From a bacterium (GTDB taxonomy: Bacteria; UBA8248): 64,000 nt of DNA. The translations under genes were made by a program, and so were the position numbers. The first letter of the stretch is position 1, and each line of letters starts with the position of its first letter. The stretch lies in the NCBI GenBank assembly GCA_965221165.1, contig CBDCRP010000003.1, positions 32,001 to 96,000 of the forward strand, read 5' to 3'. Positions 30,364-39,964 of the stretch are shown in pieces. The notes under the pieces were generated by a model. The model saw only the letters and a program-made list of their open reading frames with translations. It did not search any database and was not told the DNA's origin.

Positions 30364-31242
30364 TTGGTCGATTCCATCCATCCCAATATCCTGGCTCTCA
30401 TCGCCGCTTGTTTTATCGCCTCCGCCCGCACTCTTTACCGCGCCGGCGTGGCGCGCCTGAGCCTGGTTGTGATGAACGTCATCATGGCTCCCGTGCAAGT
30501 GTGTTTCGGCACTGTTTTTTACTTCCTGGAAGGCGGTGTGGCGGATTGGCCGCTCGGAGGCCTGCTCAGGTTCGCCGCCATGGGTGTTTCCGGCTCGCTT
30601 ATCGGCCGTTATTTGAGCCTCGTGGGCATGAAGCTGGTGGGATTGGCGCGTTCCTCGATCGTCACTCAAACGAGTCTCGTGTGGGCGTCGTTGTTTGCGG
30701 TGGTTTTCGCAGGGGAGCAGATGACGTGGATCATCGCGGTCGGGACGCTGGCCATCATGATGGGCTCGATTCTTCTTGTTTATGAAAAAGGCGATATCCA
30801 AAAGCGCATCCCGCTTACTGCTATATCTTCCCTTTGGGGACCGCTGTTTTGTTTGCGATGACGCACCTGTTCGGCAAGTTTGGGCTGCAGCTCATCAAAT
30901 CCGCCTCCTTCGGTATGACGGTCGGCAGCATGATGGCGTTTTGTTTCATGATGATTGTCCTGCCTTTCTCCGTCGAGGGAAGAGCACCCAAATCCTGGGA
31001 TAAAAAGGGAGTCGTGGCCGTTTTAGGCGGCGCATGTCTGAACGCCATAGCGGCCTTTTTCTTCTGGTCATCCATCAAAACGGGGACATCGTTCAACTCA
31101 TTCCTCTCAACCGCTTCTCGGTGTTGCTCATCATTTTCCTGTCCTGGGTGTTTTCAGAAAACAAGAGGCGGTGGGCTGGCGTGTCGTCATCGGCGGTTTC
31201 TTGTTCGTCCTGGGAGCCGTTGGGGTTGTTTTGGGCAAATAG
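30364..31242 (+). pseudogene. Tandem EamA/DMT paralog with three one-base frameshifts (pseudogene or assembly errors)
   Basis: Collinear with the upstream paralog (DSIHPNILAL ... IPLNRFSVLLIIFLSW ... WRVVIGG ... LGK*); shifts at short homopolymers near 30815, 31083 and 31152. Confidence 0.75.
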
Positions 31243-31365
31243 ATTTAAGGAAAAGGTCGCCCGCCCGGGCGGAGCAATTCAATTTTGCTCGTCTCGCGTC
31301 CCAAATGCTGATAAAGTGAGAGCACAAAACAGGTTTCGGGTATTCATATGTATGAGAGGAACACT

Positions 31366-32355
31366 ATGCTGGAAGTCGGTATCATCGTCGCGTTGACGCT
31401 CAAGGGCACGTATATCGGCGTCTATGAAAAGTTGAGAGAAATCGCCCGGGAGGCGGAGAGAATCGGCATTGATTCGCTTTGGCATTGCGATCATTTCGTG
31501 ACGCTCGATCCCGCTTCCTATGGGAACCAGACGGGCTTCGGCGCTCAGGATGAGAAAGAACAATCCGCCGACACTGCGATTCTCGAGCCCTGGACGACCC
31601 TGGCCGCCCTCGCGCGCGACACAGAAACCCTGCGGCTGGGTACATTGGTGACGTGCGTGGGATATCGGCCGCCGGCCATGCTGGCGAAGACGGCTGCGAC
31701 GGTAGACGTGATCAGCAAAGGCCGCGTGGATTTCGGGATTGGAGCCGGCTGGATCGAAAATGAATACCATTCTTTCGGGTATCCATATCCGAGCGCTTCC
31801 GTACGGATAAAACAACTCGAAGAGGCCATTCAGTTGATACGCGGGATGTGGACCGAACCCGCCCCCCATTTCGAAGGAGGGTATTTTCAAATTCAAAACG
31901 GCGTTTGCGACCCGCCTCCTGCTCAAAAACCGCACCCGCCGATATGGACGGGAGGTGAGGGCGATAAACTGCTCGGCGTTTCGGCCCGTCAGGCGGATGG
32001 CTACAATTGCCGCTGGTGGACTCCTGCGCAGTTTCTGGAGAAAAGACCCGTGATTGAAGCGGAATGCAAAAAAGCGGGAAGGGACCCGGAGGCGATAAGG
32101 GCCTCTCTCATGGTCATGGTGATTCCCGAGAAGGACAGGGCGGTAGCGAGGGCGGCTCGTGAAAAATTGAGCGTCATCCCGGAATCGGGGACCGTCTATG
32201 GAACGCCTGATGATTGCATCTCACGCCTCAAGGAATATCCTAAAGCGGGCGTGAACCACATTCTGGTCACCATACCGGATCTGGATACCAACCCTCACAG
32301 GTTGACCCTTTTAGGCGAAGAAATCATACCGGCGCTCCAGGCGCATGGAGGATAA
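31366..32355 (+). CDS. LLM-class (F420/flavin-dependent-like) oxidoreductase
   Basis: DHF, EPWTTLAALARDT..LRLGTLVT, YRPPAMLAK, GIGAGW..EY. Confidence 0.88.
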   Translation: MLEVGIIVALTLKGTYIGVYEKLREIAREAERIGIDSLWHCDHFVTLDPASYGNQTGFGAQDEKEQSADTAILEPWTTLAALARDTETLRLGTLVTCVGYRPPAMLAKTAATVDVISKGRVDFGIGAGWIENEYHSFGYPYPSASVRIKQLEEAIQLIRGMWTEPAPHFEGGYFQIQNGVCDPPPAQKPHPPIWTGGEGDKLLGVSARQADGYNCRWWTPAQFLEKRPVIEAECKKAGRDPEAIRASLMVMVIPEKDRAVARAAREKLSVIPESGTVYGTPDDCISRLKEYPKAGVNHILVTIPDLDTNPHRLTLLGEEIIPALQAHGG

Positions 32356-33506
32356 TGACGTTGCCTGTCATGACGAACACGGAATTAACGGAAAAAGAAG
32401 CGCTCCTCCAGGAAGAGGCTAGTGTCTTCTCCCAAAAGCGACTCGCCCCCGGCGCCCTGGAGCGTGACCGGGACGCCATGTTCTCTATCGAGTTGTACGA
32501 AGAGGCGGCGGAGGCGGGGTTCATCGGCGTCAAAATACCTGAAAGTCTGGGCGGTTCCGGCCTTGGATTGTTTCAGGAATGTCTCGTCATGGAGGAACTG
32601 GCCGGTGGCGACCCGAGTTTTGCGCTCACGATCAGCATATCGGCGGGCCTGTGTGGTGGTCATTTTCTGCATTATGGGGCGGATGAGCAGAAAAAAAGCT
32701 GTATTCCTTCTCTCACGAAGGGCGCCATTGGCGCGTGGGGGATCACGGAACGGGTCGCGGGCAGCCATGCGGCGGCTCTGGAGTGTGAGGCGAGGCGGCA
32801 GGGGGATGCGTATATCATCAACGGTGCGAAAATGTTCGTCACGCAAGGAATGGATTTCGAGAGTATGGTTATCTTTGCGCGTACGGCGGAGGGGAAGAAC
32901 GGCATCAGCGCATTTTTGATAGAAAAGGAAGATCAGGGGCGCAGAAGCGTCGTCCTCGCTCAAACTCTCGGGGTGCGCTCAGCAGGCACGGCGGAAATCT
33001 TCTTTGAGAACTGTGAGGTTCCGGCGGAGCGCCTCATCGGGCAGGAAGGGGATGGCCTGCGACAGGCGATGCAGGTTCTGAATGACGGAAGAGTCGTGCT
33101 GGGCGCGATGTGCGTCGGCATTGCGCAGGCGTCACTAGAAGCCGCGGCATCCCATGCGAAGGGGCGTGAAGCGTTCGGCAAGCCCGTCTCTGATTTCGCC
33201 GGCTTGCGCGGGATGATGGCCGAGAGCGCCATCGACATCGCTACTGCGCGGGAAATGGTCGTCCATGCGGCGAAAATACGGGACCAGTGTGGAGATAACA
33301 AGGAAGAAGTGGCCATGGCGAAACTTTTCGCCTCGGAAGCCTGCCTTCGCGTGTGTGACAGGGGTATTCAAATACACGGCGGGTATGGATATATCGGCGA
33401 AACGCCGGCGGGGATGTTCTGGCGCGATGCCCGGGTGTTCACTCTCGGGGAAGGTACGAGCGAAGTGCATCGCAACCTCATCTCCCGTTATCTATTCGAT
33501 TCTTGA
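32355..33506 (+). CDS. Acyl-CoA dehydrogenase
   Basis: WGITE..AGS, INGAKMFVT, AFGKP, QIHGGYGY, GEGTSEV. Confidence 0.92.
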   Translation: MTLPVMTNTELTEKEALLQEEASVFSQKRLAPGALERDRDAMFSIELYEEAAEAGFIGVKIPESLGGSGLGLFQECLVMEELAGGDPSFALTISISAGLCGGHFLHYGADEQKKSCIPSLTKGAIGAWGITERVAGSHAAALECEARRQGDAYIINGAKMFVTQGMDFESMVIFARTAEGKNGISAFLIEKEDQGRRSVVLAQTLGVRSAGTAEIFFENCEVPAERLIGQEGDGLRQAMQVLNDGRVVLGAMCVGIAQASLEAAASHAKGREAFGKPVSDFAGLRGMMAESAIDIATAREMVVHAAKIRDQCGDNKEEVAMAKLFASEACLRVCDRGIQIHGGYGYIGETPAGMFWRDARVFTLGEGTSEVHRNLISRYLFDS

Positions 33507-33571
33507 GGGTTCTTCCTCCTTCAATGGACAACTTGAGAATACGCCCACAACATATTGATAAATAATCTAAA

Positions 33572-34525
33572 ATGAGCGACAGAAATCAAATACAAATCTC
33601 ACAGATTCTCGATGGAATGGTTCGCCCCGCAGCCAGACTCATCACGCTGGTGGAAGACAACGACCCCCGCGCGAAACCCATTTTGCAGGAACTGTACCTG
33701 AAAGGCGGTAAGAGCTTGGTCATCGGCATTACCGGCCCACCGGGAGCGGGCAAGAGCACGCTTTCCGATCAGCTGATCACCCATTATCGCGCACAGGATA
33801 AAAGGGTGTGCGTTATCGCCGTAGACCCGACGAGTCCGTTTACGGGCGGCGCCATTTTGGGCGATCGAATCCGCATGGGCAGGCACAACACGGACCCGAA
33901 AGTCTTTATTCGGAGCATGGCCACGCGCGGCCATCTGGGAGGACTCGCCTGCGCGACGGGAGATGCGCTCTGCGTCATGGATGCCATGGGCTGGGACGTC
34001 GTGATCATCGAGACGGTAGGCGTGGGGCAGGGCGAGGTGAGCATCATGCAATGTGCGGGCGTGGTCGTTTTGCTGCAAACCCCCGGTGGTGGGGATCATA
34101 TTCAGGCGGCGAAGGCGGGAATCCTGGAAATCGGCGATATTTTCGTGGTGAACAAGGCGAAACGTGACGGCGCGGACCGCACCGTCAAGGAAATCGAAGA
34201 AATGCTGGATTTCAAGTTCCATCCCGGCGACGGTTCATGGAGGCCTCCCGTGCTGAAGGCAGAAGCGCTCACGGGCGAGGGCACGAATGAATTGGTCGCG
34301 CAGATCGAGGCGCGCGCGTCTTTTCTGAAAGAACATCCGGATGAAGCCGGTCGCCTGGGACGGGAGCGCGCCCGCATCACGCTCGCAGAGGTGATGAAAG
34401 AACTCGCGGTCGAGCGCATGGTCTATGGAGGGAAAGGCGGGCAGGAACTGGATGAACTCTTGGACGCCATCGCCACGCGAAGGGTGGACCCTTACAGCGC
34501 AGCCGAGAAGATACTGGGCGCATGA
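33572..34525 (+). CDS. meaB: Methylmalonyl-CoA mutase-associated GTPase MeaB
   Basis: GITGPPGAGKST, AVDPTSPFTGGAILGDRIRM, ETVGVGQ, VNKA. Confidence 0.92.
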   Translation: MSDRNQIQISQILDGMVRPAARLITLVEDNDPRAKPILQELYLKGGKSLVIGITGPPGAGKSTLSDQLITHYRAQDKRVCVIAVDPTSPFTGGAILGDRIRMGRHNTDPKVFIRSMATRGHLGGLACATGDALCVMDAMGWDVVIIETVGVGQGEVSIMQCAGVVVLLQTPGGGDHIQAAKAGILEIGDIFVVNKAKRDGADRTVKEIEEMLDFKFHPGDGSWRPPVLKAEALTGEGTNELVAQIEARASFLKEHPDEAGRLGRERARITLAEVMKELAVERMVYGGKGGQELDELLDAIATRRVDPYSAAEKILGA

Positions 34526-34535
34526 GGAGAAAGCC

Positions 34536-34865
34536 ATGAAGGATGGGCGGGCGTTCCGGGTCGTGATAAGTACGGCGGGTACTGAAGAAGAGGGAGCGCA
34601 GATTGCGAAATCATTGCTCGAGCGCAAGCTGTGCGCCTGCGTCAATCTGGTGCCGAAAGTTCGCAGCTTCTACCGCTGGGAGGGGACGATTCAGGACGAT
34701 GCGGAAGTCTTGCTCATCATGAAGACCACAAAAGAGAAACTACAACGTCTCTCCGAGCATCTGGCCGAAATTCACAGCTACGACGTGCCGGAGGTGCTGG
34801 CCGTAGCAATCGATCAGGGTCGTGCGTCCTACCTTGAGTGGCTGGAGGAGAGTTGCGCCGACTAG
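34536..34865 (+). CDS. cutA: Divalent-cation tolerance protein CutA
   Basis: LCACVN, SFYRWEG, HSYDVPE, YLEW; SD GAGGAG. Confidence 0.9.
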   Translation: MKDGRAFRVVISTAGTEEEGAQIAKSLLERKLCACVNLVPKVRSFYRWEGTIQDDAEVLLIMKTTKEKLQRLSEHLAEIHSYDVPEVLAVAIDQGRASYLEWLEESCAD

Positions 34866-34921
34866 CGCGCCTCATTCCCTCGCTTCTTCCTTCCCGAGAG
34901 GGGAGGCGTTATCCAAAATAA

Positions 34922-36271
34922 TTAAAGAATGGAGAGATATTTGTTGAGTTCGAAATCCGAGACGTGAGCGCGATAAGGCGCCCATTCGAGTTTTTTGTTC
35001 TCGATGAATTTCTCGAAAAGCTGGTTCCCGAACACGCCTCTCAGTAAATCGCTCTGCTCGGCCAGCACCGTGGCCTCCCGCAGATTCCCCGGTAGGTTTT
35101 TGATGCCTTGCTCCCGACGCTTTTCCTCACTCATTTCAAATACATTTTCTTCCGAGGCGGGGACCGGCGGCAGGCCTTCTTCGATTCCCGCAATTCCGGC
35201 CGCCAGCATGCAGGCGAAAGCCAGGTAGGGGTTGCACGCCGAGTCCGGCGAGCGCAATTCGATGCGCGTGTCGGATTCCATGCCCTTGCGCGTGCTGGGG
35301 ATGCGGATCAGATCGCTGCGGCTCTTATGCGCCCATGTAACGTAGGTGGGCGCTTCGAAACCGGGGACGAGGCGTTTGTAGCTGTTCACCCACTGGTTGA
35401 GGACGAGCGTCATCTCGAGGACGTATTTCAAGAGACCGGCGATGAACGCCTGGCATGTATCTGAGAGCCCGCCCGGTTTTTCGGGGTCGTGGAACGCGTT
35501 CGTCGAACCCTGGAACAGGGAGAGATGGGTGTGCATCCCGTTTCCGTTCGCTTCTGATATCGGCTTGGGCATGAAAGTGGCGTAAACGCCGTGGCGCATG
35601 GCGACTTCCTTGACGACGAGCCGGTAGGTCATCGCATTGTCCGCCATCGTGAGCGCATCGCCGTAGCGCAAATCGATTTCGTGCTGGCTGGGCCCGACTT
35701 CGTGGTGGCTGTATTCGACCCCGATGCCCATCTTCTCGAGATCCAAAACCGTTTCGCGCCTTAAATCGCTCGCGATGTCGAGGGGAGTGAGGTCGAAGTA
35801 TCTGCCCTTATCGAGCGTTTCAACCGGCGGTTCGGGGGATTTGAAATAGTAATGTTCATATTCCACGCCTGTGTAAAACGTAAATCCCTTTTGCGCCGCA
35901 TTCTGAAGGGTTCGCCTGAGCACGAATCTCGGGTCGCTTTCATAGGGGTTGCCGTCGGGGTCTTTGATGTCGCAAAACATTCTCGCGACGCCGCCGCCGT
36001 CCTGCGGACGCCAGGGCAGTACGCAGAACGTCGTGGGATCGGGGTGGGCGAACATGTCGCTCTCCTCGATGCGCGCGAAACCCTGTATGGCGGCCCCATC
36101 GAAAAGATGCCCCTCATAAAGCGCATTTTCCAGTTCTTCTATGGTGACGGCGAAACTCTTCAGGAAACCCAGTATGTCGGTGAACGACATGCGGATGAAA
36201 CGCACGCCGAGTTCGCGGGCTTGATTGATTACGAATTCCCGATCTTTATCATCAAATGCGTCAGTCATCAT
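34922..36271 (-). CDS. glnA: Glutamine synthetase type I
   Basis: FDGAAIQGF.RIEESDM, HHEVGPSQHE, FMPKP, NGNGMH, NSYKRLVPGFEAP, ELRSPD..CNPYL. Confidence 0.95.
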   Translation of the reverse strand: MMTDAFDDKDREFVINQARELGVRFIRMSFTDILGFLKSFAVTIEELENALYEGHLFDGAAIQGFARIEESDMFAHPDPTTFCVLPWRPQDGGGVARMFCDIKDPDGNPYESDPRFVLRRTLQNAAQKGFTFYTGVEYEHYYFKSPEPPVETLDKGRYFDLTPLDIASDLRRETVLDLEKMGIGVEYSHHEVGPSQHEIDLRYGDALTMADNAMTYRLVVKEVAMRHGVYATFMPKPISEANGNGMHTHLSLFQGSTNAFHDPEKPGGLSDTCQAFIAGLLKYVLEMTLVLNQWVNSYKRLVPGFEAPTYVTWAHKSRSDLIRIPSTRKGMESDTRIELRSPDSACNPYLAFACMLAAGIAGIEEGLPPVPASEENVFEMSEEKRREQGIKNLPGNLREATVLAEQSDLLRGVFGNQLFEKFIENKKLEWAPYRAHVSDFELNKYLSIL

Positions 36272-36310
36272 GAACTCCAGATGAGCCGATACTTCTCCTC
36301 AAAGCAATTC

Positions 36311-36386
36311 AGCCTATATCGTGAATGTTTCTTGCCGGTTTCGCAGCGTCGGTTTTTCGTCTCGCCGGAAAAGTCGCAGAAGTTTC
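36311..36386 (-). promoter_or_regulatory. glnA promoter with GlnR-box-like GAAAC-n6-GAAAC repeats
   Basis: Minus-strand GAAAC at 36382-86, 36338-42 and 36327-31 (11-bp phase); -10-like TAGGCT at 36311-16. Confidence 0.55.
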
Positions 36387-36391
36387 AGGCG

Positions 36392-37061
36392 TCATAATGA
36401 TTCTCCGATGAACTTGTACCCGACCCCCCGCACCGTGGAAATAAACGAATATCCATTGACTTCGATTTTCGCGCGGATGCGGCGGACGTGAACGTCGACC
36501 GTCCGCGGGCCTCCGAAATAGTCGATCCCCCAGACGAGGTTCAGGAGCTGCTCCCTGTCGAAGACGCGCTCGGGATTGTTGATGAGGTGCTTCAAAAGCT
36601 CGAATTCGCGGTACGTCAGGTCGATCAACTCTCCATCGAGCCTGATCTCGTTGCGGCTCTCATCGAGCGTTAAACCCTTGCTCTTGAGGGTGCGGCCTCC
36701 CTCGACCTCATGGGTGGTGCGATGGCACAGGTTGCGGACGCGATACAAAAGCTCTTCTTCCCGTACGGGTTTCACGAGTATGTCGTCGGCCTCGATGGGT
36801 GTGCGAATGACGCCAAGGCGGTCCGGTTCGAGGAGCAGGAGGATCGGCAACGTGGTCTAGTTCCTCATTTCCTCCACTTTAGGCAGTGCGGGGGCGTCAT
36901 CGAGCAAGATGAGGGCCAGCCCTCTGGCGCGCACCTCCTGTAAAGCCGTGGTTTCGTTCTGCACCATTTTGCAGAAATGGCCTTCACGCCTCAGGGCTCG
37001 CCCGAGCGCATCCGCGAACCCATTGCCCATTGTCTGCCGTGTAAATCAGTAGATTCGCCAA
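36392..37061 (-). pseudogene. GlnR-like OmpR-family response regulator, interrupted by in-frame TAG (36857-36859) and a frameshift near 37027 (real or sequencing artefact)
   Basis: wHTH LTYREFELL..L...P.RVF.REQLL..VWG.DYFGG.RTVDVHVRR.RAK; receiver-like region continues upstream through the TAG (ALILLDD...RN*TTLPILLL) to TTG 37061. Confidence 0.75.
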
Positions 37062-37140
37062 TTCCGTTCCCTGTCCGTGAAAGCAGGCCGATAAAAGTGT
37101 AATTTATACAAACAGACGAGGTGCGAAGAAAGAGGAGTTT

Positions 37141-38406
37141 TTATATGCGCGCGATCTTGTTCGTCATGTCGATCAGACTGTCGAGGTTGTGGGCCGCCAG
37201 GAATTCATCGCAATAGGGCAGGGCCGTTCGCATACCTCTGTCGATCGGGCGGTAGCCGGGGCTGCCCAGCAAAGGATTGAGCCAGAAGAGTTTGTAGCAG
37301 ATTTTCTTGAGGCGATTCATTTCCTCCGCCAGCGTATCCGTATCGCCCCGATCCCAGCCGTCCGATATGATGATGACGATGGTGCGGCTGTTCAGGACGG
37401 TCCTGCCGTATTCATAGTTGAATGTTTTGAGACAGTTGCCGATCTGCGTGCCGCCGCTCCAGTCGTGCACTTCCATAGATAGGCGCTTGAGAGCGGTGTT
37501 TACGTCCTTGTGGCGCAGATACGGCGTTGCGTCCGAAAGACGCGTGCTGAATACGAAGGTGCGCAGCGATTTAATCTCGTTTTGCAGGCTGTAGAGAAAC
37601 TGAATCAGAAATTGACTGTAGCTGTCCATCGACCCCGATACGTCGCAGATCAGCACGATCTGGGTTTTTTGTATCTTTCTTCTCCGGCGGAAGAGTTTCA
37701 GCACCTCCCCACCCGAGCGAACGCTTCTCGTTACGCTTCGCCTCATGTCGATTTCGGGAGAGCGCATGTCGGGCCGTTTGCGGCGGCTGATTTTGGTGGC
37801 GAGCTTTGGCACGAGTTTCGCAATGAGGCGCCTGAGTTCGGCGACCTGGTCCATGTTCAGTGCGGAAAAATCCTTGTCCGATATGACTTCGGCGGGACTG
37901 TAAGAGGGCACTCCCTCGTCGTCATCTCCCTGCTCACCGGGTTCGGCGGCGCTTTCGACGTCATCTTCCGATGGAAGCCCTGGATTTTCCTGCCCTTCGC
38001 CCTCGGCGTCCGATTCTCCTTCCTCCGAAGTTCCGCCCCCCTCGCCGGCTTGTCCTTCGCCTTCTTCTTCGAATTGAGTGTCGACCTGCACCGATTCGTC
38101 GCCCGAGTAAGGATTTCCTTTCTCGTCGAACCAGTATTGCCGGAACACGGCGTCGAATATCATGCTCTCATCCTGGCTTGAGATGAGATTCGACTTGCTG
38201 GCGATATAGATGTTGTCGAGATTCGTGGCCTCGAGCGAGTCGAAACTGCGGAACACGTCGATGATGCGGCCGGAGGTTATCTTGAGACCCGCGCGCCTGA
38301 GGATACGGCAAAAGCCGATCATCTCACCTTTCAGGCCTCGGCCCCTTACCCGGACTCGGCGCTTGGGAAGAGTCCCTTGCACGATGGGACGGATGGTGGT
38401 TGCCAT
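37141..38406 (-). CDS. CoxE-like VWA domain protein
   Basis: DVSGSMDSYS MIDAS, FVFSTRL, DWSGGT.IG, ISDGWDRG, WLNPL. Confidence 0.9.
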   Translation of the reverse strand: MATTIRPIVQGTLPKRRVRVRGRGLKGEMIGFCRILRRAGLKITSGRIIDVFRSFDSLEATNLDNIYIASKSNLISSQDESMIFDAVFRQYWFDEKGNPYSGDESVQVDTQFEEEGEGQAGEGGGTSEEGESDAEGEGQENPGLPSEDDVESAAEPGEQGDDDEGVPSYSPAEVISDKDFSALNMDQVAELRRLIAKLVPKLATKISRRKRPDMRSPEIDMRRSVTRSVRSGGEVLKLFRRRRKIQKTQIVLICDVSGSMDSYSQFLIQFLYSLQNEIKSLRTFVFSTRLSDATPYLRHKDVNTALKRLSMEVHDWSGGTQIGNCLKTFNYEYGRTVLNSRTIVIIISDGWDRGDTDTLAEEMNRLKKICYKLFWLNPLLGSPGYRPIDRGMRTALPYCDEFLAAHNLDSLIDMTNKIARI

Positions 38407-38419
38407 GAAAATGCCCGGA

Positions 38420-39370
38420 TCAGGCGTCGGGCGCCAGTTGCGCCGTCGCTACCATGCTGTCGAGACCGTCATTCTCCACACGTTTGATGTCGTCCTGGTA
38501 CTTGAGTATGCAGCCGATGGTTTCTCGCACGGCGTCTGCGTCGAGTTCATTGCGGTGCAGCGCCAGGAGCGCCTGCGCCCAGTCGAGGGATTCCGCCACG
38601 CCGGGGCGTTTGTAGAAGTCCATCTGCCTCGCCTGCGTCATAAAGCGGGAGATTTGTTCGGCCAGCCGATCGGTGATCCCGGGCACCTTCGTCGTGATGA
38701 TCTCCACTTCTTTCTCGAAGGAGGGATAATCGACCCACAGATAAAGGCAACGACGCTTGAGGGCGTCGTGAATCTCGCGCGTCCGGTTGCTGGTGAGCAC
38801 CACGAAGGGTTTGCTGGCCGCCTTGACGGTCCCCATCTCCGGAATCGTGATCTGGTAGTCGGAGAGAATTTCCAGCAAAAACGCTTCGAATTCTTCGTCC
38901 GAGCGGTCGATTTCGTCGATGAGCAGGACCACCGGCTTCTCTTTCGAGTGCAACAGCGCGCGAAGAAGGGGCCGTTCTATCAGGTACTCTTGGCTGAAGA
39001 TGTCTTTTTCAATCTTCTTCGCGTCCGAATCCCTGCCTTCTTCCATCTTGATGTGGAGGAGTTGTTTCGCATAGTTCCACTCGTAGAGAGCCGAACTCGC
39101 GTCGAGGCCCTCGTAGCATTGCAAGCGGATGAGTTCGGTATCCATCGCGCTGGCGAGCACTTTTGCAAGTTCCGTCTTCCCGACACCGGCTTCGCCTTCC
39201 AGGAAGAGGGGTTTTTCCAGCTTCGTGGCCAGGAAGAGTGTGGTCGCCAGAGTTCTGTCGGAGATGTAGTCTAGTTTTCTGAACGAATCCTGAACATCCT
39301 CGACGTCCGTAAATCCTGATGAGGACCCTTTCTTCCCTTTGGTTGAGTTTGATGAGGCAGTCACGCTCAT
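38420..39370 (-). CDS. CoxD-like MoxR AAA+ ATPase
   Basis: LEGEAGVGKT, RLQCYEGLD, LIDEIDRSDEEFEA, HDALKRRC. Confidence 0.92.
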   Translation of the reverse strand: MSVTASSNSTKGKKGSSSGFTDVEDVQDSFRKLDYISDRTLATTLFLATKLEKPLFLEGEAGVGKTELAKVLASAMDTELIRLQCYEGLDASSALYEWNYAKQLLHIKMEEGRDSDAKKIEKDIFSQEYLIERPLLRALLHSKEKPVVLLIDEIDRSDEEFEAFLLEILSDYQITIPEMGTVKAASKPFVVLTSNRTREIHDALKRRCLYLWVDYPSFEKEVEIITTKVPGITDRLAEQISRFMTQARQMDFYKRPGVAESLDWAQALLALHRNELDADAVRETIGCILKYQDDIKRVENDGLDSMVATAQLAPDA

Positions 39371-39927
39371 TTCCCTTTTCCTTTCTTCGAGGAAAGTTCT
39401 TCAGCCGCCGCCTCGATAGCGTCGATAATCTTCACATAGCCGGTGCAGCGACAAAGATTACCCGCGATGCCGACCTTGATTTCCTGTCGGCTGGGGTTCG
39501 GGGTGTTGTCGAGCAATTCCTTCGCGGCGACTATCATTCCAGGCGTACAGAAACCGCACTGAATGGCGCCGTGCTCGATGAATTTTTGCTGGATCGGGTG
39601 GAGGTTGTCCACCGTTCCGATGCCTTTGACCGTGGTGATTTCACGGCCTTCCGCCTGGACGCCGAGCGCGCAGCACGCGTTCATCGCCAGACCATCCAGA
39701 AGAATCGTGCAGGCGCCGCAATCGCCCGCCTCGCAACCGTTTTTCACTTCGGTGAAACCCAAGTCACGCAGCAGATACAGCAAAGTGGTGTGCGCGGGCG
39801 CGTCAGTGTTGACTTCCTGGTCGTTCACCGTGAAGGAAATGGGCACCTTCTTTGGGGGCACGTATGCGGGTGCGCTCGATTTTTTCTTCGCGGTTCGTTT
39901 TGATTTGCTCGCTGTAGCCATCTTCAA
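39367..39927 (-). CDS. 2Fe-2S small subunit of a Mo-hydroxylase (CoxS/CutS-like)
   Basis: GCEAGDCGACT, QCGFCTPG, GNLCRCTGY. Confidence 0.93.
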   Translation of the reverse strand: MKMATASKSKRTAKKKSSAPAYVPPKKVPISFTVNDQEVNTDAPAHTTLLYLLRDLGFTEVKNGCEAGDCGACTILLDGLAMNACCALGVQAEGREITTVKGIGTVDNLHPIQQKFIEHGAIQCGFCTPGMIVAAKELLDNTPNPSRQEIKVGIAGNLCRCTGYVKIIDAIEAAAEELSSKKGKGK

Positions 39928-39964
39928 GGATTCTCCAATAAAATCTAAGAGACGATGGAGTCTT

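Noticed and set aside
36857-36859. Pyrrolysine read-through of the in-frame TAG
   Set aside because: It is not a catalytic position or a methylamine methyltransferase, no pyl genes are in the window, and the gene has a second lesion.
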